The notes: a model not told the origin generated them from the sequence alone. A stretch of 64,000 bases of DNA from Pseudomonadota bacterium (GCA_021804355.1 JAJZHP010000001.1:3019-67018), one strand, 5' to 3'; counted from the first letter of the stretch, positions 1 to 8,887 are shown. Translations and numbers: made by a program.

Positions 1-301
1 CGATTTCAAGGAGCACATCCCGGTCAGCCATCAACAGCTGGTCTACTTCCTGCCGTGAGGTGCCATAATAATTACCAAAAACCTCGGCATACTCAAGAAA
101 GTCTTGCTGTGCGATAAGTTTCTTGAAGCGTGGACGTTCGACAAAATGATAATTAACGCCATCTACTTCACCGGGGCGCTGCGGGCGAGTGGTATGGGAT
201 ACGGAAACGCTTAAGGTAGGATGGTCTTGCATGAGAGCGCTAACCAGAGAAGTTTTGCCGGTACCTGAAGCAGCGGTAACAATCAATAATGATCCAGACA
301 T
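1..301 (-). CDS. gmk: Guanylate kinase (partial; C-terminus lies beyond position 1)
   Basis: Not in the ORF track because no stop falls in the window. Manual minus-strand translation from the ATG at 299-301 gives [54 protein letters not shown]...[13 protein letters not shown]. This has a P-loop (GTGKT) and guanylate-kinase-like motifs. It lies 7 nt downstream of yicC. Confidence 0.85.
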   Translation of the reverse strand, partial: MSGSLLIVTAASGTGKTSLVSALMQDHPTLSVSVSHTTRPQRPGEVDGVNYHFVERPRFKKLIAQQDFLEYAEVFGNYYGTSRQEVDQLLMADRDVLLEI

Positions 302-308
302 AAAGTCA

Positions 309-1175
309 TCACTCCAGGTTTTGAATTTGTTCGCGCATCTGTTCAATCAGGACTTTAAGTTCAACGGAAGCCAATGTACTGTCGCTACTGACAGATTTCG
401 AGGCCAGGGTATTGGCTTCGCGGTTGAACTCCTGCAGCAGAAAATCAAGACGTCGTCCGACAGGACCACCCTGTTCGAGGACTCGCCTGAACTCATCGAC
501 ATGGGTTCGTAAACGGTCCAACTCTTCAGTAACATCCATACGCTGGATCAAAAGCACAATTTCTTGTTCCATGCGCTCACGGTCAAGTTGAATCGAAAGC
601 TCTTTAAGTCGTGCGACGAGTCGCGATTGCTGGTGTTCCAAAATATGAGGAATGGAAGCAACCAGCTGGGTCAGTACGTGATCAAGCTGATCAAGTTTTT
701 CCATAATCACGGCTTTGAGGGCCTGCCCCTCGCGCTCTCGAGCTTCGATAAATTGCTTGATAACGTCACGGGCCAGCTGCAAAACATGATCGTTTAATGC
801 AATAGGCATGTTGGGGTTATGGGTCAGTACCCCCGGTATACGCAAAACTTCAAGAGCACTCACGGGAGCCGTATGGCGCGCCAGCGCATCGATTTCTGCA
901 GCCAAGTGTAATAGATTCTCTGCCAGTGCTTTATTTAATACGGGTTGATCCGTGGTGCCCGGGTCCAGACGCACAAAAAGCTCAAGTTTGCCTCGTGTCA
1001 CGACGGCTCGAATCAGTTCACGCAGTGCTGGCTCCAGAGCATGCAGACTATCCGGTAGTCGTAGCACTACCTCCAGATAACGATGATTGACCGAGCGCAG
1101 CTCACACTGGACATGGATGGATTCAGTATGCCCACTGGCGTGAGCAAAAGCTGTCATGGATCGAATGGTGGACAT
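309..1175 (-). CDS. yicC: YicC/YloC family stress-induced protein
   Basis: 288-aa ORF. The N-terminus (IRSMTAFA...[12 protein letters not shown]) and C-terminus ([11 protein letters not shown]) are typical of the YicC family. AGGA lies about 9 nt upstream of the ATG. Divergent from rph. Confidence 0.85.
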   Translation of the reverse strand: MSTIRSMTAFAHASGHTESIHVQCELRSVNHRYLEVVLRLPDSLHALEPALRELIRAVVTRGKLELFVRLDPGTTDQPVLNKALAENLLHLAAEIDALARHTAPVSALEVLRIPGVLTHNPNMPIALNDHVLQLARDVIKQFIEAREREGQALKAVIMEKLDQLDHVLTQLVASIPHILEHQQSRLVARLKELSIQLDRERMEQEIVLLIQRMDVTEELDRLRTHVDEFRRVLEQGGPVGRRLDFLLQEFNREANTLASKSVSSDSTLASVELKVLIEQMREQIQNLE

Positions 1176-1309
1176 GCAGAACTATCCTTTAGGGTTCCTG
1201 GCATCTAGTATGGCATAAGCTATGGATCAATATATAACAGGTCTCATCACCCACCTGTCAGTAAGGCATTCGGTTATACTGACGCTTTTGAGATACGAGG
1301 ATTACCCGC

Positions 1310-2026
1310 ATGCGTCCTTCTGGCCGGCAACCTGATCAGCTGCGCGATTTGCGCATAACACGTCACTATACCCGCCATGCGGAAGGCTCGGTCTTGGTGG
1401 AGTATGGGGAGACCAAAGTTATCTGTACGGCAAGCGTAGAGAGCGGCGTGCCTCGTTTTATCAAGGGTACGGGTGAAGGCTGGGTCACCGCAGAGTATGG
1501 AATGTTGCCACGGGCAACACATACTCGCGGAGATCGTGAAGCTGCTCGCGGTAAACAATCGGGACGAACCCAGGAAATACAGCGCCTGATTGGGCGTAGC
1601 CTCAGGGCTGCTGTGGATCTCAAGAAATTAGGTGAAAATTCCATACATATAGACTGTGATGTGATACAGGCTGATGGCGGTACACGTACAGCTTCCATTA
1701 CAGGAGCCTGTGTTGCGCTGGCTGATGCGCTGGCTGTCATGCTTGAGCGTAAGCAGATCAAATTTGACCCTTTAAATAGCTTAGTGGCTGCAGTATCCGT
1801 GGGTATGTATGAAGGACAGCCAGTTTTGGATCTCGATTATGCTGAAGACTCAGCATGTGACACCGACATGAACGTAGTTATGACCCAGCACGGACAATTT
1901 GTTGAAATTCAGGGTACAGCAGAAGGCTCCGCCTTGACACGGCAACAAGTGGATAGTTTGCTGAACCTTGCAGAGCAAGGTATTCAGGGCATTATTCAGC
2001 AACAGAAGCAGGCTTTGGGCTGGTAG
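1310..2026 (+). CDS. rph: Ribonuclease PH
   Basis: 238-aa ORF with [12 protein letters not shown]...[19 protein letters not shown]...[14 protein letters not shown], which are RNase PH signatures. A GAGGA RBS lies 8 nt upstream. Confidence 0.95.
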   Translation: MRPSGRQPDQLRDLRITRHYTRHAEGSVLVEYGETKVICTASVESGVPRFIKGTGEGWVTAEYGMLPRATHTRGDREAARGKQSGRTQEIQRLIGRSLRAAVDLKKLGENSIHIDCDVIQADGGTRTASITGACVALADALAVMLERKQIKFDPLNSLVAAVSVGMYEGQPVLDLDYAEDSACDTDMNVVMTQHGQFVEIQGTAEGSALTRQQVDSLLNLAEQGIQGIIQQQKQALGW

Positions 2027-2036
2027 GAAGGGCTTC

Positions 2037-2813
2037 ATGGAAGTGCTTGCTCGAGGGCTCATTCTTGATCTGGTGATGGTTCGTCATCCGCACCCCTGTC
2101 CCGTACGCGATATGTTGTTGGCGGGGCGCGTGTTTGCCATGACAGACAACAGCATTCGAGTTACCGTTACGCGATTGGTGACTCAGGGACAACTATCCGC
2201 TGCCGGACGTGGTCAGTATGTCATGGGGCCAAGTTCTGAAAATTTGGCGCAAGAACTTAGAACCTGGCGACAGGCTGAATCCCGTTTGCGTGCCTGGGAT
2301 GGACATTACCTGATGGTCTATACAGGTGATAGGAGTCGAAGTGATCGCAGCGCCCTGAGGCGACAGGAACGTGCATTAGCCTTGCTGGGGTTTCGCGAAG
2401 TGCGTCGTGGATTGGCTCTTCGCCCGGACAATCTGGAGGCTACTTTAGTTGCTGTGCGTCAGCGCTTGCAGGCGCTGGGCCTACCTCAAGAAGCCCTGGT
2501 GGCGAGGTTAGATGGGCTTGAGCCTTCCGAAGAATCCGTGTTGCGTGATTTATGGCCGTTGCAAGCGCTAGGCAACAATTACCGGGAGCTTCATCAACAG
2601 CTGCAAGACTGGTTGAAGCAGGCTGCAAACTTACCCTTGGAACAAGCTGCCCGAGAAAGTTTTACCTTGGGACGCGTTGCTATCCACCACGTTTTGTTCG
2701 ACCCCTTGTTGCCAGAGCCCTGGATAGATGCGCAAGCAAGACGCGTATTTTTTCAGGGGGTCATCGCTTTTGATGCATTTGGTCAGGATATCTGGCGCCG
2801 ATTTTTAGAGTAG
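2037..2813 (+). CDS. PaaX-family transcriptional regulator-like protein
   Basis: The ORF track starts at 1968, overlapping rph. The ATG at 2037 has an AGGAAGGG RBS. The N-terminal winged-helix-like segment (SIRVTVTRLVTQGQL...GRGQYVMGP) and the central W-G-x-Y-L-MVY...RSALRRQERALALLGFRE...GLALRP segment resemble PaaX N- and C-domains. No paa genes are nearby. Confidence 0.65.
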   Translation: MEVLARGLILDLVMVRHPHPCPVRDMLLAGRVFAMTDNSIRVTVTRLVTQGQLSAAGRGQYVMGPSSENLAQELRTWRQAESRLRAWDGHYLMVYTGDRSRSDRSALRRQERALALLGFREVRRGLALRPDNLEATLVAVRQRLQALGLPQEALVARLDGLEPSEESVLRDLWPLQALGNNYRELHQQLQDWLKQAANLPLEQAARESFTLGRVAIHHVLFDPLLPEPWIDAQARRVFFQGVIAFDAFGQDIWRRFLE

Positions 2814-2823
2814 GTGTTTCTTT

Positions 2824-2939
2824 AAACTAAACTAAACTTCATATTTAGATTTGGCATGTTCGCGTTATTCGTACTATCGTACTAGCTGGTGATTCTCAAT
2901 AGGATGAGGAATCGGCGCATGTATGTTAGGTGCCTAACA
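2824..2939. repeat. Cluster of short repeats in an AT-rich intergenic region: (AAACT)x3, tandem TCGTACTA x2, and inverted repeat TGTTAGG-TG-CCTAACA (candidate operator)
   Basis: Read directly from the sequence. AAACT repeats at 2824-2838. TCGTACTATCGTACTA at 2869-2884. A perfect 7-bp inverted repeat with a 2-nt spacer at 2924-2939, about 65 nt upstream of the WYL regulator ATG. Confidence 0.4.
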
Positions 2940-3003
2940 CATAATTTCAAAAGGCTAGCGACGCAATCATCGGCTGACTGGGGTGTTGTCGAGGCCAGGT
3001 TGC

Positions 3004-3954
3004 ATGGTTAAGCGCGCGTTTGCAGTATCGGATTATGAAAATCCGGGGGTTTTACGACTGGCCTTGACTATTTTAAGCATGATCCCCCACCGTTCCCGCA
3101 TCACCTCACGTCAGGTCCTGCAACAATTGCAGCAGTCCCATGGCATGGTTGTCAGTGAGAGAACGGTGCAGCGCACCTTACGCAGGCTGGTGGATGAATG
3201 TGGCATCGAATGCGATATGCGCGATAAGCCCTACGGCTATCGTTGGTCGCCGGGCAGCCTCCCCTGGGTGGCTGGGCTGCTAAGTGATACCGAAACCATG
3301 TTGATAGCACTGGCCAGACAAAATATTCAGCTGAATTTCCCTGCCACCGTGGAAACTCATCATGTAGGTAGCAGCACCATCGAACGTTGGCAGGAAAGAA
3401 TCAGGATAGAACCTGCCTGTGCCCCGTGTCAGGCACCTAAACTAGATTCAGAAATTTTAGCAGTCATCAGTGAAGCGCTATACAGGGATCTGGAACTGGG
3501 TATTAGCTACACTAATTTACAGGGTGAACTGTACGAGGTCAGAGTTGCTCCCTTAGGCTTGATTCAAAAGGGGCTAGGTTTCTATCTCGTGTTTAATAGC
3601 TTGGAACATCAGAGCATAGATCATGTCAGTCTGTTCCGAATTCGCCAAGCCCGTATGGGTCAAGATTTGATTGAGCGCCCGCAAGGATTTAGGTTAAGTG
3701 ACTATGAAGGTAACGGACATTTCACCCGTCATGGTCAGCGTATTAATCTAAGTTTTAATATCAAGACCGAGGTGGGTGCTCATCTCGTAGATACTCCTTT
3801 ACATCCTGAACAAAAAGTTACGGTTCATGAGAATTGCCTGGAAATTCAGGCAACTCTTGAAGAATCTCATACCTTGCATCGCTGGCTACGCAGCATGGGT
3901 GATGATATCTGGAACCTTAAACTCCACGTCCATGAGGAAGCGGATGTGTCTTGA
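3004..3954 (+). CDS. HTH + WYL-domain transcriptional regulator
   Basis: The N-terminal HTH-like segment is LRLALTILSMIPHRSRITSRQVLQQLQ...VSERTVQRTLRRL. The central segment ISYTNLQGELYEVRVAPLGLIQKGLGFYLV matches the WYL-domain pattern, with FYL in place of WYL. The start at ATG 3004 was chosen over GTG 2983. Confidence 0.65.
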   Translation: MVKRAFAVSDYENPGVLRLALTILSMIPHRSRITSRQVLQQLQQSHGMVVSERTVQRTLRRLVDECGIECDMRDKPYGYRWSPGSLPWVAGLLSDTETMLIALARQNIQLNFPATVETHHVGSSTIERWQERIRIEPACAPCQAPKLDSEILAVISEALYRDLELGISYTNLQGELYEVRVAPLGLIQKGLGFYLVFNSLEHQSIDHVSLFRIRQARMGQDLIERPQGFRLSDYEGNGHFTRHGQRINLSFNIKTEVGAHLVDTPLHPEQKVTVHENCLEIQATLEESHTLHRWLRSMGDDIWNLKLHVHEEADVS

Positions 3955-4552
3955 TAGCAGCCGTTACGGTGTAGGTGCTGCCCTGTTTGAGCTTTTCATG
4001 ATTCCCGAAAACTTCATGCAGGGTACGTGCCATAAATTCTCGTAGACCATTGATGGTAACCAGGGTCATGCGACCACCTGGTTTGAGATGAGCATAGGCA
4101 TCCACAAGGAATAAATAGTGTTGCTCTTTGCTGGCTTTAGCAGGCAGGTTACATACCACATGATCAAAAAATTGGTGGGTATCGATATGTTGTAGCCCAT
4201 TGCTCAGCTGAGCTTCTGCATTATTAAGATGATTACGAGCGATATTGCGCCGCGCATACTCAACAGCTACAAAATCTTTGTCCACCAAAAGGGTCCGACC
4301 CTCAGGGGCTCGCTTGGCCAAGGTCAGACCCAGCACACCGTAACCACATCCTAAGTCCAGAATATCGTCGCTACGACCTACATCCATGTATCGTAGTAGT
4401 AGACGTGAGCCTTCATCGACGCTTTCAGGTGAAAACAGTCCCCAGGTACTGATCAGGGAGAGCGATGTACCGTCTATATCGGCTTCGATAGCAATATCCT
4501 GACGCCAACGCGTCAAGGTCGCCTTATCAGGGGCACCAGCATGTTTTTTCAC
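3917..4552 (-). CDS. Class I SAM-dependent methyltransferase, single-domain RsmC/RlmG-like (MTS family)
   Basis: Motif I is ILDLGCGYGVLGL. The C-terminal half aligns by eye to the RsmC catalytic domain (FDHVVCNLPAK...LKPGGRMTLV), but motif IV reads NLPA rather than NPPF/Y. The GTG start overlaps the xthA stop (GTGA). Confidence 0.7.
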   Translation of the reverse strand: MKKHAGAPDKATLTRWRQDIAIEADIDGTSLSLISTWGLFSPESVDEGSRLLLRYMDVGRSDDILDLGCGYGVLGLTLAKRAPEGRTLLVDKDFVAVEYARRNIARNHLNNAEAQLSNGLQHIDTHQFFDHVVCNLPAKASKEQHYLFLVDAYAHLKPGGRMTLVTINGLREFMARTLHEVFGNHEKLKQGSTYTVTAAIKTHPLPHGRGV

Positions 4553-5319
4553 AGGTCATAATCCATAATCAGGGGGGCGTGGTCAGAAAACCGTTGTTCC
4601 TTGTATATACTGGCAGATTTAATGCGTGCACGTAGGTTGGCAGAAGTAATCTGGTAATCGATACGCCAACCTACATTATTAGCATAAGCCTGACCACGAT
4701 TGGACCACCACGTATACTGCTCAGGGCGGATATCGACCTGTCGGAAGGCGTCTATCATGCCTACCTCATCAAAAAGCTGAGTTAACCAAGCGCGTTCATG
4801 CGGCAGAAAACCGGAATTCTTTTGATTGCCACGCCAGTTTTTAAGATCGATGGGATGGTGAGCCATGTTCCAATCACCACAGATGATAAGCTGTTGTCCG
4901 GCCAGGGCTCGTGCCTTGAGTTCGGGTAGTAATAATTCAAGGAAAGTGTCTTTGCGTGCCTGCGCCTCTGGGCCTGAACTACCTGAAGGCAAATAAAGCG
5001 AAACCACGATCAGCTCACCGAAATGGGCCTCCAGCCAGCGGCCCTCGCTATCACACAGGGGAAAACCTAAGCCTCTGCGAATCAGGTCTGGTTTCAGGCG
5101 GCTGTATATACCCGTGCCACTATAACCAGGTCGTTCGGCATCAAAAAAATAGCTATGCCAGTCCGAAGGACGATGATCAAGACCTAGCTGATGTTCTTGA
5201 GCCTTAGTCTCCTGAACACATACGATATCAGCGCCACTCTGTTGTATCCAGGGTATGAATCCCTTGTTAGTTGCCGAACGCAGTCCGTTAAGGTTGGCAG
5301 AAACGATACGCATGAGCAT
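4549..5319 (-). CDS. xthA: Exodeoxyribonuclease III / AP endonuclease family protein
   Basis: [13 protein letters not shown]...VCVQETK...GYSGTGIYS...[14 protein letters not shown]...WRIDYQ...FSDHAPL retains the ExoIII-family catalytic motifs. The start is ATG 5319 or 5313. The ORF-track start at 5388 is an unlikely extension. Divergent from pyrE. Confidence 0.85.
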   Translation of the reverse strand: MLMRIVSANLNGLRSATNKGFIPWIQQSGADIVCVQETKAQEHQLGLDHRPSDWHSYFFDAERPGYSGTGIYSRLKPDLIRRGLGFPLCDSEGRWLEAHFGELIVVSLYLPSGSSGPEAQARKDTFLELLLPELKARALAGQQLIICGDWNMAHHPIDLKNWRGNQKNSGFLPHERAWLTQLFDEVGMIDAFRQVDIRPEQYTWWSNRGQAYANNVGWRIDYQITSANLRARIKSASIYKEQRFSDHAPLIMDYDL

Positions 5320-5387
5320 GGCCCAACAAGGTGGAATGCGTTTATGATAGCGGAATTGATGGCTATTCTGACAGCGACTATCTGCCA

Positions 5388-6032
5388 ATGAAAACTTATC
5401 AGCATGAATTTATAAGATTTGCCCTAGAAACCGGGGTGCTAAAATTTGGTAACTTCATTCTGAAATCGGGAAGAACGAGCCCCTATTTCTTCAACGCTGG
5501 CTTATTCAATCAGGGGAAGACCTTAGCTAAGCTGGGGTATTTTTACGCAGCGGCTTTGCAAGATTTATCTATGGAAGCTGATCTGCTTTTTGGACCCGCT
5601 TATAAAGGAATTCCTATCGTTGCCGCTACGGCCGTGCAATTGGCCGAGCATTTTGATAGAGATATGCCTTGGTGTTTTAACCGCAAAGAAGCCAAGGATC
5701 ATGGTGAGGGTGGAAATATTGTCGGCGCCCCCCTGCAAGGAAGAGCATTGATTATTGATGATGTGATCACCGCGGGGACGGCCATACGTGAAGTGATGAC
5801 ATTAATACGCAACTCCGGAGCCCAGGCTGCTGGAGTGTTGGTCGCCTTGGATCGTCAGGAACGCGGGCAGGGTCAACTGTCAGCGTTACAAGAAGTGGAA
5901 AGAGATTTGCGTATACCGGTAAGGTCCATCGTAAAACTTGAACAGGTGATCACTTACCTACGTCAGGATGCTGCCTGGCAAGCCCATCTTCCCGCCGTTG
6001 AACGCTATCGCGCCGAGTATGGTACGGAATAG
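5388..6032 (+). CDS. pyrE: Orotate phosphoribosyltransferase
   Basis: From ATG 5388 the protein begins [40 protein letters not shown]. This is collinear with the E. coli PyrE N-terminus. The PRPP-binding motif is [12 protein letters not shown]. Confidence 0.95.
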   Translation: MKTYQHEFIRFALETGVLKFGNFILKSGRTSPYFFNAGLFNQGKTLAKLGYFYAAALQDLSMEADLLFGPAYKGIPIVAATAVQLAEHFDRDMPWCFNRKEAKDHGEGGNIVGAPLQGRALIIDDVITAGTAIREVMTLIRNSGAQAAGVLVALDRQERGQGQLSALQEVERDLRIPVRSIVKLEQVITYLRQDAAWQAHLPAVERYRAEYGTE

Positions 6033-6036
6033 TCTC

Positions 6037-6990
6037 ATGAAAATTGGTATGTTGATGGATGCCTGGGAAGGCATCAAACCTTACAAGGACACCAGCCTCG
6101 CTATTTTAGAGGTAGCTGCTCAGCGTGGCCATGAACTGTATTATTTTCAGGGTCAAGATTTAGCTGTACGAGACGGTATAGCTGAAGCGCGCGTAGAACA
6201 ATTACATAGGAATACCCAGGAGGCGACAGGCTTCTCGCGGGGTGAGTCCAGACCTATGGCCTTGGCAGAGCTGGACGCTATATTGATGCGTAAGGACCCC
6301 CCCTTCGACCTCGATTATATCTACATGACCTATGCGCTGGAATTAGCTGAGCGCCAAGGCGTTCAGGTACTGAATCGACCAGCATCGTTGCGTGACTGCA
6401 ACGAGAAATTTTTTATCAGCCAGTTTCCACAATGCTGTGCTCCAACCCTGATGACGGCGGATGCCCGTCTGCTGAAGGATTTTCATGCCGAGCATGGCGA
6501 CATCATCCTTAAACCCCTGGATGGTATGGGGGGACAGGGTATTTTTCGTGTCGCCGGGGATGCTTTGAATCTAGCCAGTATTCTTGAAATGCTCACAGCC
6601 ATGGGCCGTACGCCGATAATGGCGCAACGCTTCATTCCTGCCATCATCGACGGAGATAAACGCATATTGATGATAGACGGTGAGCCTGTATCACACGCCC
6701 TGGCACGCATCCCTAAGGCAGATCCTACCCGGGGAAACTTAGCCGCTGGTGGTGTGGGAAGGGTTCAGGCATTAAGCGAGCGGGATCGTTGGATATGCTC
6801 TGAGGTCGGTCCCGAGTTAAAAAAACGTGGATTGAGATTTGTTGGCATTGATGTGATTGGTGATTTTCTAACGGAAATCAATGTAACCAGTCCTACCTGT
6901 GTGCGAGAGATTGAAGCTGTAGTTCCCTTGGGTATCGCTGCGAAATTGCTGGTTTCCATGGAAGTGGTACATGCCAGTTCCAGAACTTGA
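6037..6990 (+). CDS. gshB: Glutathione synthetase
   Basis: From ATG 6037 the protein begins MKIGMLMD...IKPYKDTS...RKDPPFD..YIYMTY. It has ATP-grasp motifs (ILKPLDGMGGQGIF) and is about 317 aa, as in GshB. Confidence 0.95.
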   Translation: MKIGMLMDAWEGIKPYKDTSLAILEVAAQRGHELYYFQGQDLAVRDGIAEARVEQLHRNTQEATGFSRGESRPMALAELDAILMRKDPPFDLDYIYMTYALELAERQGVQVLNRPASLRDCNEKFFISQFPQCCAPTLMTADARLLKDFHAEHGDIILKPLDGMGGQGIFRVAGDALNLASILEMLTAMGRTPIMAQRFIPAIIDGDKRILMIDGEPVSHALARIPKADPTRGNLAAGGVGRVQALSERDRWICSEVGPELKKRGLRFVGIDVIGDFLTEINVTSPTCVREIEAVVPLGIAAKLLVSMEVVHASSRT

Positions 6991-7849
6991 AGCAAGGCCA
7001 GCCATGGCACCGGCAGTTTCAACCGGCGATCGTTTAGGGTTTACGATTTTTCTGGCCACCTTGATACACGCACTCCTTATTTTTGGTATCGGATTTTCCT
7101 CGCCCCTGCCTCATCCTGCCCATGTGATGGAAGTAACGCTGGCGCTGCATCGTAGTGATCCCTCTAACCCTGATGCTGACTTTCTTGCCCAGGCTAATCA
7201 GCAAGGTAGCGGTGAGTTAGATCATGCCCAGGTGCAGGAAAGTCCTGAACAGTCCGCCTTTCATGAAGCGCGTATTCAGGAGACGGCGCAGCAGGAAGAG
7301 CAGCAGAACTCCCGGCCACAGACGGATCAACGTATAACAACCCAAGGCCATAGCCGAGCAGTTCCGAACGATGCGCAGCAGCAAGATGCCCGAATAGGTT
7401 TACAGTCGATGAATTCGGATGCTCAAAGTCAGGAAATTGCCACCCTGGAGGCCAGGTTGGCAGCCAAGCGCCAAGCTTATGCCAAGCGCCCCCGAGTTAG
7501 ATCGGTATCCTCGGTCTCTACCCGTTACGATAGGGATGCCGCGTATGTCGATGCCTTCCGTCGTAAAATCGAGTTGGTGGGTAACGAGCATTATCCGCCA
7601 GAAGCAAGGGCAAGACATCTCCAAGGCAGCGTAAGGCTGTTGGTGGCTATAGATGCCTGGGGTCATGTTAAACGCATCGATATGCTGAAGCATTCAGGCT
7701 CAGGTATTCTTGATGCTGCAGCGCAACGTAGTGTCTGGCTGGCACAGCCATTTCAGGCATTTCCAGAAGTTATCCGGCGAGATACGGATATCTTGCAAAT
7801 CATTCGTACCTGGAAATATGACGATCAGTTGCAATCGACGGGCGAATAA
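6971..7849 (+). CDS. TonB-family protein (TonB3-like), N-terminal TM anchor plus C-terminal TonB_C domain
   Basis: The TM segment is LGFTIFLATLIHALLIFGIGF. The C-terminus (HYPPEARARHLQGSVRLLVAIDAWGHVKRIDMLKHSGSGILDAAAQRSV) is TonB_C-like. The linker is Gln-rich rather than Pro-rich. Positioned after gshB, as I recall for P. aeruginosa tonB3. Confidence 0.7.
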   Translation: MPVPELEARPAMAPAVSTGDRLGFTIFLATLIHALLIFGIGFSSPLPHPAHVMEVTLALHRSDPSNPDADFLAQANQQGSGELDHAQVQESPEQSAFHEARIQETAQQEEQQNSRPQTDQRITTQGHSRAVPNDAQQQDARIGLQSMNSDAQSQEIATLEARLAAKRQAYAKRPRVRSVSSVSTRYDRDAAYVDAFRRKIELVGNEHYPPEARARHLQGSVRLLVAIDAWGHVKRIDMLKHSGSGILDAAAQRSVWLAQPFQAFPEVIRRDTDILQIIRTWKYDDQLQSTGE

Positions 7850-7914
7850 CAAGAACTTGTGATTTGGCAGACTGACCTCCATAGTGAATAGTGTAAATCT
7901 TGCTTGGAGTTGAT

Positions 7915-8484
7915 ATGACGTTGCCTACGGCTAATTTTTCTCACCAGTTTCTTTTGGCTATGCCTGGCATGCAGGATCCGCGTTTTGTAAAGACCATCAC
8001 TTATATCATGCATCATGACAAGGATGGAGCCGTAGGTCTGGTTGTGAATCGTCCTACCACGTTGACGGTGCAGGAGCTTTTAAATGAGGTGGCACTGCCT
8101 GTACAAGCCCCCTTGCGCTGGCCTGAGGCCCGCGTACTTAGTGGCGGTCCTGTGGCTCAGCATGTAGGATTTGTTTTACATCATCAGGGGGGTACCTGGA
8201 TGTCGACGCGTGTACTTCCTGATGAACTGTTTCTGACCAGCTCTCGTGATATTTTGCAAGCTTTGGCAGAAGGCCGCGGACCGGATGATTATTTAGTTGC
8301 CTTAGGGTATGCAGGTTGGGGGCCGGGCCAGTTAGAGCAAGAAATGGTACAAAATGCCTGGTTGTCCTGCCCTGTTGATCAGCAAATTCTCTTTCATCTA
8401 CCCATGGAACAACGTTGGCAAGCTGCAGCACTTTCTCTGGGCGTGGACATGCGATTGCTTGATGTAGGTGTAGGGCATGCCTGA
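7915..8484 (+). CDS. yqgE: YqgE/AlgH family protein
   Basis: LLAMPGMQDPRFVKTITYIMHHDKDGAVGLVVNRP is the family signature. ATG 7915 has a GGAG RBS 5 nt upstream. Confidence 0.85.
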   Translation: MTLPTANFSHQFLLAMPGMQDPRFVKTITYIMHHDKDGAVGLVVNRPTTLTVQELLNEVALPVQAPLRWPEARVLSGGPVAQHVGFVLHHQGGTWMSTRVLPDELFLTSSRDILQALAEGRGPDDYLVALGYAGWGPGQLEQEMVQNAWLSCPVDQQILFHLPMEQRWQAAALSLGVDMRLLDVGVGHA

Positions 8485-8887
8485 ATTACGCAGTTATCTG
8501 GGGCTGGATTACGGCATGCGCCGCATTGGCGTGGCGCAAGGACAATCTTTGCTGCGCACGGCAACGCCGCTGGCCACGTTATCAGCACGAGATGGCATAC
8601 CTGATTGGAAGGCGCTGGATGCGCTGGTTGCCACCTGGCAACCTTCAGCCCTGGTGGTCGGTGTGCCGCTGCACCTCGATGGCCAAGTCTCAGCGATGAC
8701 AGCGCGCGCACAAAAGTTTATAAGACGTTTGCAGGCACGTTATCACCTGCCTGTACATGCTGTGGATGAACGCCTAACCTCTGAAGAAGCGCAATGGCTG
8801 CGTGATGAGCGTGGAATCAGCCGCGCTGGATTGGATGCCGAGGCGGCTGCGATTCTGCTGGAGAGTTACCTGCGCGAGCTCGTGTAA
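8477..8887 (+). CDS. ruvX: Putative pre-16S rRNA nuclease / Holliday junction resolvase-like YqgF
   Basis: 136 aa with LGLDYGMRRIGVA...VVGVPLHLDG...DERLTSEEA, which is typical of YqgF/RuvX. It overlaps the yqgE stop. Confidence 0.9.
   Translation: MPELRSYLGLDYGMRRIGVAQGQSLLRTATPLATLSARDGIPDWKALDALVATWQPSALVVGVPLHLDGQVSAMTARAQKFIRRLQARYHLPVHAVDERLTSEEAQWLRDERGISRAGLDAEAAAILLESYLRELV

Noticed and set aside
189-512. 107-aa plus-strand ORF bridging the gmk start and the yicC end
   Set aside because: It is antisense to both minus-strand genes. The gmk and yicC translations are clearly homologous to known families.
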